DNA of 64,000 nucleotides from Mobula hypostoma (GCF_963921235.1 NC_086097.1:60328001-60392000); one strand, 5' to 3'; numbered from the stretch's first letter, positions 50,170 through 64,000 are shown. Numbers and translations: made by a program. The notes: generated by a model not told the origin, from the letters alone.

Positions 50170-51640
50170 CTTTAAGAATAACTAATGAACATAACGCTCA
50201 GGAGAAGGTGTAGGTCGTTGCTCAAAAGCCTGCTCCATCATTCATTAAGACTCTGGATGATCAACTACCTTAGCATCATTTGCCAGCCCTAATCCTATAA
50301 CCTCAATTCTCTCAACAACCAGAAATCAATTCCTCTTTTTTAAACGAATTATTAAATTTCCACAGCCATCCGGGCTTGAAAATGTGAAGTTTCAAATTTA
50401 TGGTTTATTGAATTTTTCTAAATTTCAGGTTTATTGTCATGGGCATACATGCCTAGGGTAAAAGAGCCAAGAAAATTAGCTTTTTGCAGCAGCACAGTAC
50501 ATTTGAAGCATGGTTAACATAAATTACACAAAATTAATAAATTATATGTGACTTAAATGACACAATAAACATAAATAACATAATGCCATTAGTGAAAGTT
50601 GAAAATAAGATTGAAGTCTTTCAGATCATTTCATGAACATGATGGTTGTGGAGAAGAAACTGCTGTTGAACCTGATGTTGAAGTTGTTGGGCTCCTCTAC
50701 CACCTGCCTGATGGGAGGAATGAGATGAGAGCATGGACCAGATTGTGAGAATCCTCAGTGATGGACGTTGCCTTCCTGAGACGTTGACTGTCTATGTCCT
50801 TGTGAGAGAAGCTGTACCTGTGCTGGAACTGGATGAGTTTATCACACTCTGTAGCCCTCTGAATGAAGTAACATATCCATGTCTCACTCTTCAAAAGCCT
50901 TCTATATTTTTTAAATGTATCTCCTGATCCAGAGTACTTAGCAGTGGAAACATCCTCTACCTGTCGAGTCTGTCAACCCTTTAAGAATTTTCCAAGTTCC
51001 TATAACATTGTCATCTTTAACAAATACAGTCCCAGTCTACACAATCTCTCCTCACATGGCAAATTCATCATCCTTGAACTCAGCTTTGTGAATCTCTGCT
51101 AAATTTCTTCGATAACAAAGACGTATATTCTTTCTTGGGAAAGGATACCAAAGCTGTACACTATACTCACGGTGCAGCTTCACCAAGGTCATAAAGTTGT
51201 AGAGCAATACAGCACAGAAATAGGCCCTTCAGCCTAGTCCGTGCCAAACTATTATTCTGCTTAGTCCCCTCAACCTATTCCTGGAACATAGTTCTCGATC
51301 CCCCTTCCATCTATGTAATTATCCAAACTTCTCTTAAATATTGAAATCTAACAGACGCCCATTATTTCTTCTGGCAATTGATTCCGTGCTCTCACTACAG
51401 TCTGAGTGAAGAAGTTACCCCTCATGTTCCCATGAAACATTTCACCTTTCATTCTTAACCCGTGACATTTTTATCTAGTCTCACCTAAACCAAGTGGAAA
51501 AAGCCTGCTTACATTTACCCTACCTAGACAACACATGATTTTATATACCTCAATCAAATTTCCCCTAATTCCTCTGCACTCCAGGAAATAAAGTCCTAAC
51601 AAATTTAACCTTTCCTTACAATTCAGGTGTTCAATTTGCA
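50170..51640 (-). mobile_element. cluster of old CR1 3' ends with a nested Rex1/Babar fragment (~50420-50870)
   Basis: LRKATSITED..LPSGRW; CR1 3' UTR-like sequence at 50180 and 51190. Confidence 0.55.
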
Positions 51641-52246
51641 AAACAATTCCTTACAGGAATTCCTTTCAACAATTCTTTCAGGCCATCCCAGGTCTTGAAA
51701 ATGTTGCCATAGTTGTAATGTTGTGAATAGGAATTTTCACAATGGGAAATCTGTTGTACATGAGCTGACTCCCTCATCTAGTCTTTAAGTAGACCTTGAG
51801 TATCGTGACAATCTGTTCTACCACAAATATGTGGACTCTCTCTTGTTGACTGTTCCAATGACAGTGGTGATAATAATGCACTGACTGACCCAGGCAGAGT
51901 AGAAAATATTGCGTCAGTGACAGTAGACTGAGAAACTTATAGCAAGACAGAGGGAATTTGTGACCAGTAGCTTAACAGCTAATCTTGATGGTAATGGAGG
52001 AAGCTTGATGCACTGACTGAGATACCAATAGATCATGTCACAAGAAGCAGCAGTGGCCAACAATAATCTCCACCAAGACTGCACCTCAGATAAATCTAGA
52101 CAAATAACTCTTGTGCTACATTGAATACAAGATGTATTCTGTATTGAGCAGTTATGATATTGGACGTTGCCAACTGATTAACATTATTGATGTTTCCTTC
52201 TCTTGCTCCTCTTCCTTTAAAATTGTCAAAAAGGCACCAGGATAAA

Positions 52247-54480
52247 CCATAAGACCAGAAGACCTAGGAAAAGAATTAGGCTATTTGGCCCATCGAATCT
52301 GCTCCACCAATCCATCAGGGCTGATTTATTATTCCTCTTAACCCCATTCTCCTGCTTTCTCCCCGTAACATTTGACACCCTGATTAATCAAGAACCTATC
52401 AACCACCAGCTTAAGTATACTTAGACTGCACAGCTGTCTGTGGCAAAGAATTCCACAACTTCACTACCCTCTAGCTGAAGAAATTTTTTCCTTATTTCTG
52501 TTCTAAATGGACATCCTTCAATTCTGAGGCTGTTTCCTCTGGTCCTAGACTCCCCCACTATAGGAAACATCATCTCCACATCAACTCCATCCAGACCTTT
52601 CAACATTTGATAGGTTTCAATGAGATCACCCATCACTCTTCTAAACTCCCGTGAATACAGGCTCAGAGGTATCAAATGCTTTTCATATGTTAATCGTTAT
52701 ATTCCAGGGATCATTCTTGTGAACATCCTCTGGGCTCTGTTCAATGACAGCACATCTCAAAACTGCTCACAATACTCCAAGGGTGGTCTGACTCATGCCT
52801 TTTAAAGCCTCAGCATCATATTCTTGTGTTTGTATTCTAGTCCTTTCAAGATGAGTTTTGCATTTGCCTTCCTTACCACCAACTCAATCAGCAAATTAAC
52901 CATTAGGGAATCCTGTACGAAAACTCCGAAGCCCCTCTGCACCTCTGATTTTTGAATTTTCTCCCCATTTAGAAACTTGGCCAGAAAGCCATCAAGTCAT
53001 AAAACGTGAAAAGAAGCAGTCCGAACAGCGACCCCTGCAGCACACCACTAGCCACCAGCAGCCAACCAGAAAAGGCCCCCTTCATTCCCACACTTTGCCT
53101 CCTGCCACTCAGTCAATCTTCTATCCATTCCAGTTCCTTTCTGATAATACCATGGGACTCTATCTTATTGAGTAGCCTCATGTGAGGTACTTTCTTTATA
53201 CTTTAGTACTTTATACCTTATCGTCACCAAACAATTTGTACTGGAACGCACAATCATCACAGCGATATTTGATTCTGCGCTTCACACTCCCTGGATTAAA
53301 AATACTAAATATTAAAAATAGTTAAAATTAGTAAATATTCTTCTCAAAGGCCTTCTGAAAATTTACTGTAAATGAACAACATCCACAAACTCCCCTTCAT
53401 CCTTCCTGCCAGTTAATTCCTCAAAGAATTCCAAGAGATTTGTCATGCAAGATTTCCCCTTTGAAAACCATGCTAACTTTGGCCGATTTTATCATGTGCC
53501 AACAAGTACCTGAAACCTGATCCTTAATAATAGACTCCAACATCTTTCCAAACACCCATATAGTATAATATAACTGGCCTATAATTTCCTTTCTTCTGCC
53601 TCCCTCTCTTCTTAAAGAGTGGAGTGACATTTGCAATTTTCCAGAACTCCTGGACCATTCAAGAATCTAGTGATTCTTGAAAGATCATTTCTAATTCCTC
53701 CACAATCTATTCAGCTACCTCTTTCAGAACCCTAGGGTGTAGTACATCTGGTCCAGGTGATTTCCAACCTTTGAGCTTCTCAAGCACCTTTGCCTTAGTA
53801 ATAGCAACTACACTCACTTCTGCTCATTGACACTCTCGCATTTCTGGAATTCTACCAGTATTTCTCACTGTGAATGCTGACACAAAATACTTAATAAGTT
53901 CCCCCTCCATTTCTTTGCCCTCATTATGACCTCTTCAGCATCATTTTCCAGTGGTCTGATATCCACTCTTGTCTCTTTTATACGCCTTATAGATCTGAAA
54001 ATACTTCTTGTGTCCCCTTTTATATTATTGGCTTGCTCACGTTCATATTTCATCCCTTCTCTCTTTTTGGCTTTTTCGTTGCCTTCCGTTAGTTATTAAA
54101 ACCTTCCCAATTCTCGAACATCCCACCAATATTTGCTATGTTATATTAAATATCTTCTTTTATGCATTCTTTGACTTCCCTTGTCAGCCTCAGTTGCCTC
54201 GTCCTCCCTTTAGAATACTTCTACATCTTTGGGACACATCTATCCTGTGCCTTCTGAGTTGTCCACAGGAACATCATCTGTTGCTGCTCTGCCATCATCC
54301 TTGCTAGTGTCCCCTTCCAATCAACTTTGGCTAGTTCCTCTCTGTCATTCTGTAATTCTCTTTGCTCCACTGTAATACTGATAAGTCTGATTTTAGCTTC
54401 TCCTCAAATGGCAGAGTGAATTCTGTCCTATTATGATCACTGCTTCCTCAGGGTTCCTTTACTTTAGCTGCTAATCGAAC
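52247..54480 (-). mobile_element. CR1 ORF2, decayed
   Basis: GDLIETYQMLKGLD, GKMLESIIKD; CCATAAGA tail; short AT-rich insert at ~53195-53340. Confidence 0.85.
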
Positions 54481-55053
54481 CTGAGTCAACCAGCTCCATG
54501 GCATTCTAAAGTGGGAGGGTGGGCCGTCATAAGGTTTGGTACATCTTGGCACCAATGACATAGATAGGAAAAGGGAGGAGATCCTGAAGAGAGAATTTAG
54601 GGAGCTAGGTAGAAAGCTGATCTCCAGGGAAGATATCTCTGGCTGTGCCACACACCAGTGAAGGTAAGAATAGGATGATTTTGCAGATGATTATCTGGCT
54701 AATGAACTGGGGCAATGGTCAGCGTTTCAGATTTCTAGATTATTGGGATCTCTTCTGAGGAAGGTATAACCTGTTCAAAAGGGATGGGTTATACCTGTAC
54801 CTGAAGGGGACCAATATGGTTGTAGGCAGGTTTTCTGGAACTGTTCGGGAGTGTTTAAACTAATTAGGCAGGGGGATAGGAAAGAGTGATAGAACTGAGA
54901 GTGGGGCAATTGGTATATAAGCAGGCACTGTGTGTAGTGAGATTGTCAGGAAGGGCAGGTAATAGGGCAAATTTGCAGTCTGTGGGATGAGTTGCAGTGT
55001 AACATGAGGACAAAATCAAAAATGGTGACGAATACAAGATTGAAAGTGTTATC

Positions 55054-55256
55054 CACACAAAATGCTGGAGGAACTCAGCAGGCCAGGCAGCATCTATGGG
55101 AAAAAGCACAGTTGATGTTTTGGGCTGAAACCCTTCTGTAGTCCTGTAACTTGTGGATTCTGATTTTTTCTATTGATGCTACCTGTTCTGCTGAGTTCCT
55201 CCAGCATTTTATGTGTGCTGCTTAGATTTCCAGCATCTGCAGATTTTCTCGTGATT
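55054..55256. mobile_element. second fold-back of Penelope terminal repeats (different subfamily)
   Basis: CACAAAATGCTGGAGGAACTCAGCAG ... CTGCTGAGTTCCTCCAGCATTTTATG inverted arms. Confidence 0.8.
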
Positions 55257-56100
55257 GTGATCAGAAGTGCTAAATTCAAATGCACACAGTATATGGAATA
55301 AGATAGATGATTTTAAAATGCAGTTAGAGATTAGCAGCTATGATGTTGTGGGCATCACTGAGTTGTAGCTCAAAGAAGATTATAGTTGGGAGCTTAACAG
55401 CCAAGGATATACATTGTATTAAAAGGTTAGGCAGGTAGGCAGAGGGGTTGGTGTGGATCTGTTGGTAAAAAATGAAATTAATCTTTAGAAAGGAGTGATA
55501 TAGGATTGGAGGATGTAGAATTGTTGTGGGTAGATCTAAAGAACTACAAGTGTAAAAATACCCTGATGGGAGTTATATACAGGCCTATAAACAGTAGCTA
55601 GGACTTAGGTTACAAATTGCAATAACAAAGAGAAAATGAATGTCAAATGGGCAACCCGAGAGAGAGAATTTGTAGAATGCCTATGATGTAGTTTTCTAGT
55701 GCAGCTTGAGATTGAGCCCAACAGGCAATCAGCTATTTTAGTTTGGGTGTTGTGTGATGAATCCAATTTGAATAAGGAGCTTCAGGTGAGGAAACCCTGA
55801 GGAAAATGATAGAATTCACTCTGAATTTTAAGAAGGAGACACTAAAGTCAAATGAGTCTCTATTATAGTTAGGTAAAGGGAATTACAGAGCCATGATAGA
55901 GGAATTGGCCAAAGTTGATTGGAAGGGGACACTAACAGAGATGATGGCAGAGCTGCAATGGCTGAAGTTTCTGTAAGCAAATTGGAAGGTGTATGATAGA
56001 TACATCCCAAAGGAGAAGTATTGTAAAGGTAGGGTGACAGAACTGTAGCTGAAAAGTGAGGTCAAAGCCAACATTAAAGTAAAAGAGAGGGCATATGATG

Positions 56101-56797
56101 CCCAAGAGATGGCGGAAACGAGAAGATGGCGACGCGACGCAGCGGGCGCGGCCTCTCCGGTGAAATAATATTGTATTTGTTAAATAGGGGACGTGCACAA
56201 TTCTGATTTGATGGAGACAGACGTGAGAAGCATGGAGGAACATCTGGAGAAACTTCTGAAATGCTCGGTTCACTGCCGCTGCTACTGTGCGATCGAGAAT
56301 CTCTGAAGGGAAGTCCCCAAATCCTCGGCTTTGCCTGTTGCTGGCAGCCGGGGCCGGGGTCGAAGCGCTCGGCAGAGATGGTGCTCGGTGCTTGGTGTCG
56401 GAGGGCTGGTTGGAGGCTCGAAGCATTCGGATGACTCAGAGTCGGACTGTGGTCAGGTGCTTCCAGGATGCTGCATCGGCAAGTTTGTGTCACTGGAAGC
56501 TCATGGCAGGAAGAGAGTTTTCTTCCTTCTCCTGTCTGCGTGAGATAATGGGACTTTCGAGAGACTTTGAACTTTTTTTACCGTGCCCATGGCCTGTTCT
56601 TCATCAAGTTACGGTATTGCTTGCACTGTTGTAACTATATGTTATAATTATGTGTTTTTTGTCAATTTTTCAGTGTTGGTCTGTCTTGTGTTTCTGTGAT
56701 ATCACACCAGAGGAACATTGTAACATTTCTTAATGCTTGCATTACTAAATAACAATAAAAGAGGACTGTGTGTCCTCATAATCTAATTTAATCTAAT
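56101..56797 (+). mobile_element. non-coding GC-rich retroposon, full length
   Basis: Interrupts CR1; AAGATGGCG start, AATAAA plus (AATCT)n tail; homolog at 38031-39243. Confidence 0.8.
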
Positions 56798-57149
56798 GTA
56801 ATAGAGCAAAAATTAGTGGGATGTTAAAGGATTGGGAAGCTTTTAAAAATCAATAGAGGACAGTTAAAAAGCTATAAGGAAGCAAAAGATGAAATATGAA
56901 GGTAAGCTAGCCAATAATATCAAAGAGGATACCAAAAGCTTTCTCAGACATATAACATGTAAAAAAGAACAAGAATAGATATTGGATTACTGGAAAATGA
57001 TGTTGAAAGGTAGTAATGAGGGACAAGGAAATGGCGGTTGAACTGAATAAGTGTTTTACATCAGTCTTCACAGTGGAAAACACTAGTATTATGCCAGGTG
57101 TTTGAGAGGGTTGGGGGCAGAAGGGTTTCTTTCTGCTATGACTCAGAGA

Positions 57150-57425
57150 TCATACCTGCCAATCTCTAATTGCACTGTAAGATCATTTACCTTATTCTGT
57201 ATACTGTGTGCATTGAAGTACAACATCTTCAGTCCTGTATTCATCACCATTTTTGATTTTTGTCTCCTGTTACACTTTAACTCATCCAACCAACTGCAAA
57301 TTTGCCCCATCATCTGCCCGTCCTTCCCCACAGTCTCACCATACACTGCATCTGTTTGTATACCAACTACCCCATCCTCAGCCTTATCACTCAGCTTTCC
57401 ATCCTTCTGCAAATTAATTTAAACC
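57150..57425 (-). mobile_element. CR1 ORF1/ORF2 junction fragment
   Basis: GLKMLYFNAHSIQNKVNDL..YD endonuclease N-terminus. Confidence 0.75.
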
Positions 57426-57805
57426 AGGAGAACTTAATCAGAACAAGGCAAGAGAAATGTGGAATAAACAATTGTCATTTTCCTGACGAAGTAGATGAAC
57501 ATGTTGATCATGATGCAAGTTGCCTCAATATCTTGAATAACACTTATTGGCTCAAGGACAGCCATTCATCTCGGTTTTATGGCTAAATCTGGAAATCCTG
57601 CAGGATCCAACTGATTATAACTTTGAGTCAGTTGGAAAACTACAGTCCCCTTGGCCCTATTGCAAAGGGTGGATTAAAATCCCTTTGTTTAACTCACAGT
57701 TACAGAAATGAGTTTTAATTTTCACTGATACCTTCAATTAGCAATCAAAATGAGTGTACTGATAGAGTCAGCGTGCTAAAAGAGATCAGCAATATACCAA
57801 TCGGA

Positions 57806-58160
57806 GCAAATGGCTGAGAGTGAAGGAGTAAGGAATCTCGGAGAGAAGTGTTTTTTTTTTCTACTGCTTGGGGAAAAGAGGCTAGACTGCGCAAATGTGT
57901 GACGTAAAGCGCCAAAGGTTTAAAAAGGAGAGGAATTTTCAACGGCCTTTTTAAAATTAGAACAAGTGGCTGAGAGTGAAGGACTAAGGAATCTCAGAGA
58001 GAAATGTTTTTTTTTCTCCACTGCTCAGGGAAAAGAGGCTAGACTGCGCAGGTGCATGATGTAGAGTATCAAATGTTTTAAAAAAAGACCACCATATACA
58101 GCAGGCAGTGGAGTGAGAGGGAGCAGAGTGGGACGGCTTTGGCTCAACAGGCTTTGGCTT
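57806..58160 (+). repeat. tandem duplication (~157-bp period), probably a CR1 5' UTR
   Basis: TGGCTGAGAGTGAAGGA...GACTGCGCA...TTTAAAAA occurs twice. Confidence 0.6.
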
Positions 58161-58164
58161 TTAC

Positions 58165-60737
58165 AGGCAGACGTGAGGATAGGTTCCAAATTTCAGTCCT
58201 GGGTATGACTTTAAACTGCAACTGGTGATGAGGCTCTGATTGGGGACTTTCAGAGCTTTGGGGAAAGTGGAGCCACTCTGACCCGGAATGGTTGCACCTG
58301 CAAGGGTTCCTGCTCAGGATATGAGCGAAGGCCAACGGCAGATCCGGCTGGTTCAGTAACTGAACTTATGATGGAGAAGGCGTTCGAGCTATGATCTCAA
58401 ATGTCAACAGCTATAGTACAGGCAGGTGAACATTTGGGAAGAGAAATGCCGATTTCTTTAGTTAGCCCAACGGTAGGCAATAGCAACCATCGTTGCAATT
58501 TGCTAAGAAAACAATGGTCAAGCTCTCAAAATGTATCACACAACAACAGCGTCAAGAGGATCTTCAAGACAACTCTGAAGATGTTTCGCTGGGTAAGGTT
58601 GATTCTGGTCAGCAGGGGATCCCCGACCATCATCAAGCTACTGTTCATAAAATTCAAGTAACACTAAAGAAAATTATTACCACTTGGAAAGTAAGAACCC
58701 TATATCAAGCAGGAGGATTGGACAATGTGATAAATAAAATGGAAAGACTAAAGATTAACATCATGGGAATTAGCAAAGTTCCTTGGATACGTTCTGGAAC
58801 ATGTCAGATTAGAAATAAAACACTAGTTTATTCTTGTGGAACTTCCCATACTAATGGAGTAGGAATTCTTATGGATGAAAAGATGGCAAAAAGTGTTTTA
58901 GGACATTGGGTAATATCAGAAAGAATGCTCCTTGTTAGATTCAGAGGACAACCATTTGATTTAGCAATTATACAGGCATATGCACCAATAACAGATGGAA
59001 CAAATTAAGATATAGGTAAATTCTATGAAGAGCTTGAACGAGCAAAGAATGGATGCAAATCTCAAGATATTGTTATTGTCATGGGAGATCTAAATGCTAA
59101 AGTAGGACAAGGTGCTGATGGAAATACCATAGGGAAATTTGGACGAGGGGAAAGAAATGAAAGAGGTGATAAATGGGTAGAAAAGTGCAACATGAATAAT
59201 TGGGTCATTACGAGTACCTACTTTAAGAACCATCCAAGATGCTTGTGGACCTGGAAAAGTCCAGGTGATAACACTAGAAATCAAATTGACTTTATTACTA
59301 TAAACCAAAGATTTAGAAACTCAGTGACTCAATGCAAAACATATCCAGATGCAGACTGTAGTAGTGACCAAAACCCAGTAGTATGTCATGTAAAAGTAAA
59401 ACTTAAAAAACTAAAGAAGCAAAAACCTGAACAATCCCTTGATTACTTGCAATTAATTAAAGAAGAAAATTTAAGACAAAAATTTACAATTGAAGTGAGG
59501 ATTAGATTTCAAAGTCTAGAAATAGAATCTGTTGAAGATGATAGCAATCATGCAGAAATGAAATTTAACTCTCTAAAGGATGCCTTGGTAGAATCAACAA
59601 AGTCCGTGATTCCTAAGAAAGAAAAAAGCACAAAGGATAAATGAATGACAGATGAAATCAAAATTCCAATGGAAGAAAGGAGACGGAAGAAAGCAAATCC
59701 TATAGAATATAAGTCCTTAGATAAAAAAGTTAAAAGCTTATGTCAAAAAGCAAAAGAAGAATGGTTAAACTAGGAATGTGAGCAAATAGAAAGAATCCCT
59801 ATTACTGATCCAAAAAGGTTACATTAACAAATCAAGAATATCACTAGTAAAAAGTTCCTCTGTTCTTCAGGTGGATGTTTGAAAGCAAAGGACAGTACCA
59901 TTATCATGAAAAAAGATGAGATTATGAATAGGTGGACTGAGTATATTCAGGAATTCTTTGAAGACAATCGAGGTGAAAAACCAGAAATGAAGAAAAACAC
60001 TGAAGGTCCAAGTATTTTAAAATCTGAAGTTCGTAATGCAATAAATAAGATGATGAAAGGAAAGGCAGCAGGTCCTGATGAATTAGTAATAGAACAAATT
60101 ATTGCCCTTGAAGATTATGGAATTGAAATACTTACTGATTTAATCAACAACATTTATGAGACTGGAATAATACCAGACAGATGGAAAAAAGTCAGTATTT
60201 ATCACCCTTCCTAAGAAACCTATGTGAATTACATAGGACCATAAGTTTAATGAGTCATATCACCAAGATACTTCTAAGAATTTTGATGACAAGAGCTAAA
60301 AGTAAGATACAAGCTGAAATAGGCAAAGAACAATGTGGTTTTGTGAAAGACAAAGGTACAAGAAATGCAATATTGATGTTAAGGATACTATCAGAACAAG
60401 CTATTCAAGTGCAAAAAGATTTATTTGTTTGTTTTATCAACTACAAAAAAGCATTTGATAAAGTGAAGCACAATAAGTTATTTGAAGTATTACAGAAAGC
60501 TCTAGATCTAGATTCGAAAGACCTCCGCCTTATCAGAAATCTGTACTGGGAACAAACTGCTGCTATATGAATAGATGGAGAAGTGAGTCAGTTTACGAAA
60601 ATCAAGAGAAGCGTTAGACAAGGGTGTGTTTTCTCCCCTGATATAATTAATGTGTACAGTGAGACAATATTACAAAAAAATAAGAGACATCCTGGGAATC
60701 AAAGTTGGCAGAGAAAACATCAATAATTTTAGATATA
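58165..60737 (+). mobile_element. RTE-clade (BovB-like) LINE, 5' UTR through mid-RT, disrupted
   Basis: WKVRTL, IIQAYAP, MGDLNAKVG, NQIDFI, KAAGPD, RTISLMSH..K, YKKAFDKV, VRQGC.FSP, INNFRY; cut by CR1 just before the catalytic DD. Confidence 0.92.
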
Positions 60738-63700
60738 CATAGAACATAGAACATAGAATAGTACAGCGCAGTACAGCCCCTTCAGCCCACAATGTTGTGC
60801 CGACCCTCAGACCCTGCCTCCCATATAACCCTCCACCTTAAATTCCTCCATCTACCTGTCTGATAATCTCTTAAACTCCACTAGTGTATCTGCCTCCACC
60901 ACTGACTCAGGCAGTGCATTCCACGCACCAACCACTCTCTGAGTAAAAAACCTTCCTCTAATATCCCCCTTGAACTTCCCACCCCTTACCTTAAAGCCAT
61001 GTCCTCTTGTATTGAGCAGTGGTGCCCTGGGGAAGAGGCGCTGGTTATCCACTCTATCTATTCCTCTTATTATGTTGTACACCTCTATCATGTCTCCTCT
61101 CATCCTCCTTCCCTCCAAAGAGTAAAGCCCTAGCTCTCTTAATCTCTGATCATAATGCATACTCTCTAAACCAAGCAGCATCCTGGTAAATCTCCTCTGT
61201 ACCCTTTCCAATGCTTCCACATCCTTCCTATAGTGAGGCAACCAGAACTGGACAAAGTACTCCAAGTGTGGCCCCAGAGTTTTATAGAGCTGCATCATTA
61301 CATCGTGACTCTTAAACTCTATTCCTTCGCTTATGAAAGCTAACACCCCATGAGCTTTCTTAACTACCCTATCCACCTGCGAGGCAATTTTCAGGGATCT
61401 GTGGACGTACCCCGAGATCCCTCTGCTCCTCCACAATACCAAGTATCCTGCCATTTACTTTGTACTCTGCCTTGGAGTTTGTCCTCCCAAAGTGTACCAC
61501 CTCACACATCTCCAGATTGAACTCCATCTGCCACTTCTCAGCCCACTTCTGCATCTTATCAATGTCTCTCTGCAATCTTTGACAATCCTCTACACTATCT
61601 ACAACACCACCAACCTTTGTGTCATCTGCAAACTTGCCAACCCACCCTTCTACCCTCACATCCAGGTCGTTAATAAAAATCACGAAAAGTAGAGGTCCCA
61701 GAACAGGTCCTTGTGGGACACCACTGGTCACAATCCTCCAATCTGAATGTACTCCCTCCACTACGACCCACTGCCTTCTGCAGGCAAGCCAATTCTGAAT
61801 CCACTTGGCCTAACTTCCCTGGATCCCATGCCTTCTGACTTTCTGAATAAGCCTACTATGTGGAACCTCGTCAAATGCCTTACTAAAATCCATATAGATC
61901 ACATCAACTGCACCACCCTCATCTATATGCCTGGTCACCTCCTCAAAGAACTCTATCAGGCTTGTTAGACATGATCTGCCCTTCACAAAGCCATGCTGAC
62001 TGTTCGTGATTGGACCATGATTCCGTAAATGCCCATAGATCCTATCTCTAAGAATCTTTCCAACAGCTTTCCCACCACAGATGTAAGGCTCACTGGTCTA
62101 TAATTATCCGGACTATCCCTACTACCTTTTTTGAACAAGGGGACAACATTCGCCTCCCTCCAATCCTCCAGTACCATTCCCGTGGACAACAAGGACATGA
62201 AGATCCTAGCCAGAGTCTCAGCAATCTCTTCCCTCACCTTGTGGAGCAGCCTGGGGAATATTCCATCAGGCCCCGGGGACTTATCCGTCCTAATGTATTT
62301 TAACAGCTCCAACACCTCCTCTCCCTTAATATCAACATGTTCCAGAACATCAACCTCACTCATATTGTGCTCATCATCATCAAGTTCGCTCTCATTGGTG
62401 AATACCGAAGAGAAATATTCATTGAGGACCTCACTCACTTCCACAGCCTCCAGGCACATCTTCCCACCTTTATCTCTAATCGGTCCTACCTTCACTCCTG
62501 TCATCCTTTTTTTCTTCACATAATTGAAGGATGCCTTGGGGTTTTCCTTTACCCGACCCACCAAGGCCTTCTCATGCCCCCTTCTTGCTCTTCTCAGCAC
62601 CTTCTTAAGCTCCTTTATTGCTTCCCTATATTCCTCAATAGACCCATCTGATCCTTGCTTCCTAAACCTCATGTATGCTGCCTTCTTCCACCTGACTAGA
62701 TTTTCCACCTCACTTGTCACCCATGGTTCCTTCACCCTACCATTCTTTATCTTCCTCACCGGGACAAAGTTATCCCTAACATCCTGCAAGAGATCTCTAA
62801 ACATTGACCACATGTCCATAGTACATTTCCCTGCAAAAACATCATCCCAATTCATACCTGCAAGTTCTAGCCTTATAGCCTCATAGCCTCATAATTTGCC
62901 CTTCCACAATTAAAAATTTTCCTGTCCTCTCTGATTCTATCCTTTTCCATGATAATGCTAAAGGCCAGGGAGCGATGGTCACTGTGCCCCAGATGTTAAC
63001 CCACTGAAAGATCTGTGAGCTGACCCGGTTCATTACATAGTACTAGATCTAGTATGGCATTCCCCCTAGTCGGCCTGTCAACATACTGTGACAGGAATCC
63101 ATCCTGGACACACTTAACAAACTCTGCCCCATCTAAACCCTTGGAACTAATCAGGTGCCAATCAATATTAGGGAAGTTAAAGCCACCCATGATAACAACC
63201 CTGTTATTTTTGCACCTTTCCAAAATCTTCCTCCCAATCTGATCCTCTGTATCTCTGCTGCTACCAGGGGGCCTATAGAATACCCCCAATAGAGTAACTG
63301 CTCCCTTCCTGTTCCTGACTTCCACCCATACTGATGCAAAAGAGGATCCTGCTACATTACCCACCCTTTCTGTAGCTTAATAGTATCCCTGATCAGTAAT
63401 GCTACCCCTCCTCCCCTTCCCCCTCCCCCATCCCATTTAAAGTACTGAAATCCAGGAATATTGAGAATCCATTACTGCCCTGGTGCCAGCCAAGTCTCTG
63501 TAATGGCCACTACATCATAATTCCATGTATGTATCCAAGCTCTCAGTTCATCACCTTTGTTCCTGATGCTTCTTGCACTGAGGTACACACATTTCAGCCC
63601 TTCTACCTTACTACCTTTACACTGTTTATTCTGCTTCTCTTTGCTCAAAGCCTCTCTATATGTTAGATCCGGCTTTACTCCATGCACTTTGTTCACTGCT

Positions 63701-64000
63701 CTATCGCTCTGGGTCCCATCCCCCATGCAAATTAGTTTAATCTCTCCTGAACCATGCTAGGAAACCTACCTGGAAGGATATTGCTCCTCCTCGAGTTCAG
63801 GTGCAACCCATCCAATCTGTACAGGTCCCACCTTCCCCAGAAGAGATCCCAATGGTCCAAAAATCTAAAACCCTGCTCCCTGCACCAACCCCTCAGCCAC
63901 GCATTCAACTGCCATCTCCTCCAATTCTTACAATCACTGTCACGTAGCACTGGCAGCAATCCTGAGAACACCACCCTTGAGGTCCTGTTCTTCAGCCTTC
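60738..64000 (-). mobile_element. young CR1 LINE (ORF1 end, ORF2, 3' tail), few frameshifts; runs off the window
   Basis: Long ORFs with SGVPQGPVLGP, KFADDTK, NYRPVSLTS, endonuclease and esterase motifs; (TTCTATG)n tail. Confidence 0.96.

Larger units (their letters stand above)
54495..57135 (+). mobile_element. CR1 ORF1 esterase to ORF2 endonuclease, decayed, with two inserts
   Basis: VHLGTNDI (SGNH-type block), F.FLD.WD, YDVVGITE, GVIYRP. Confidence 0.8.

Noticed and set aside
51650..52240. Possible ancient LTR-element integrase tail
   Set aside because: Only faint motif resemblance with many stops; cannot be supported by eye
52247..57135. Single 5'-inverted (twin-primed) CR1
   Set aside because: The two oppositely oriented pieces overlap in CR1 coordinates, so they are separate copies

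Overview
Repeat-dense eukaryotic DNA with no recognisable intact host gene. The repeat mix (abundant CR1, Rex1/Babar-type LINEs, V-domain tRNA SINEs, Penelope-like elements) suggests a cartilaginous fish, probably a ray; this is inference from repeat content only. Most of the window is nested, decayed transposable elements: CR1, Rex1/Babar, L2, L1, RTE, Penelope (GIY-YIG), Ty3/Gypsy LTRs, PIF/Harbinger and mariner. The most notable object is a 3.7-kb Ty3/Gypsy (sushi/Tf1-like) element at 7801-11529 (minus strand, ATAAC target duplication). Both of its LTRs carry a tRNA-Glu(CTC)-derived module with intact Pol III A and B boxes, its primer site fits self-priming rather than tRNA priming, and its RT/RNase H/integrase core is replaced by ~0.7 kb of unrelated coding-like sequence in frame with the integrase tail. 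Also notable are Penelope terminal repeats carrying minimal hammerhead ribozyme motifs, including a 295-bp fold-back insertion with its own target duplication. All calls were made by eye without database searches; boundaries lacking TSD/TIR support are approximate.
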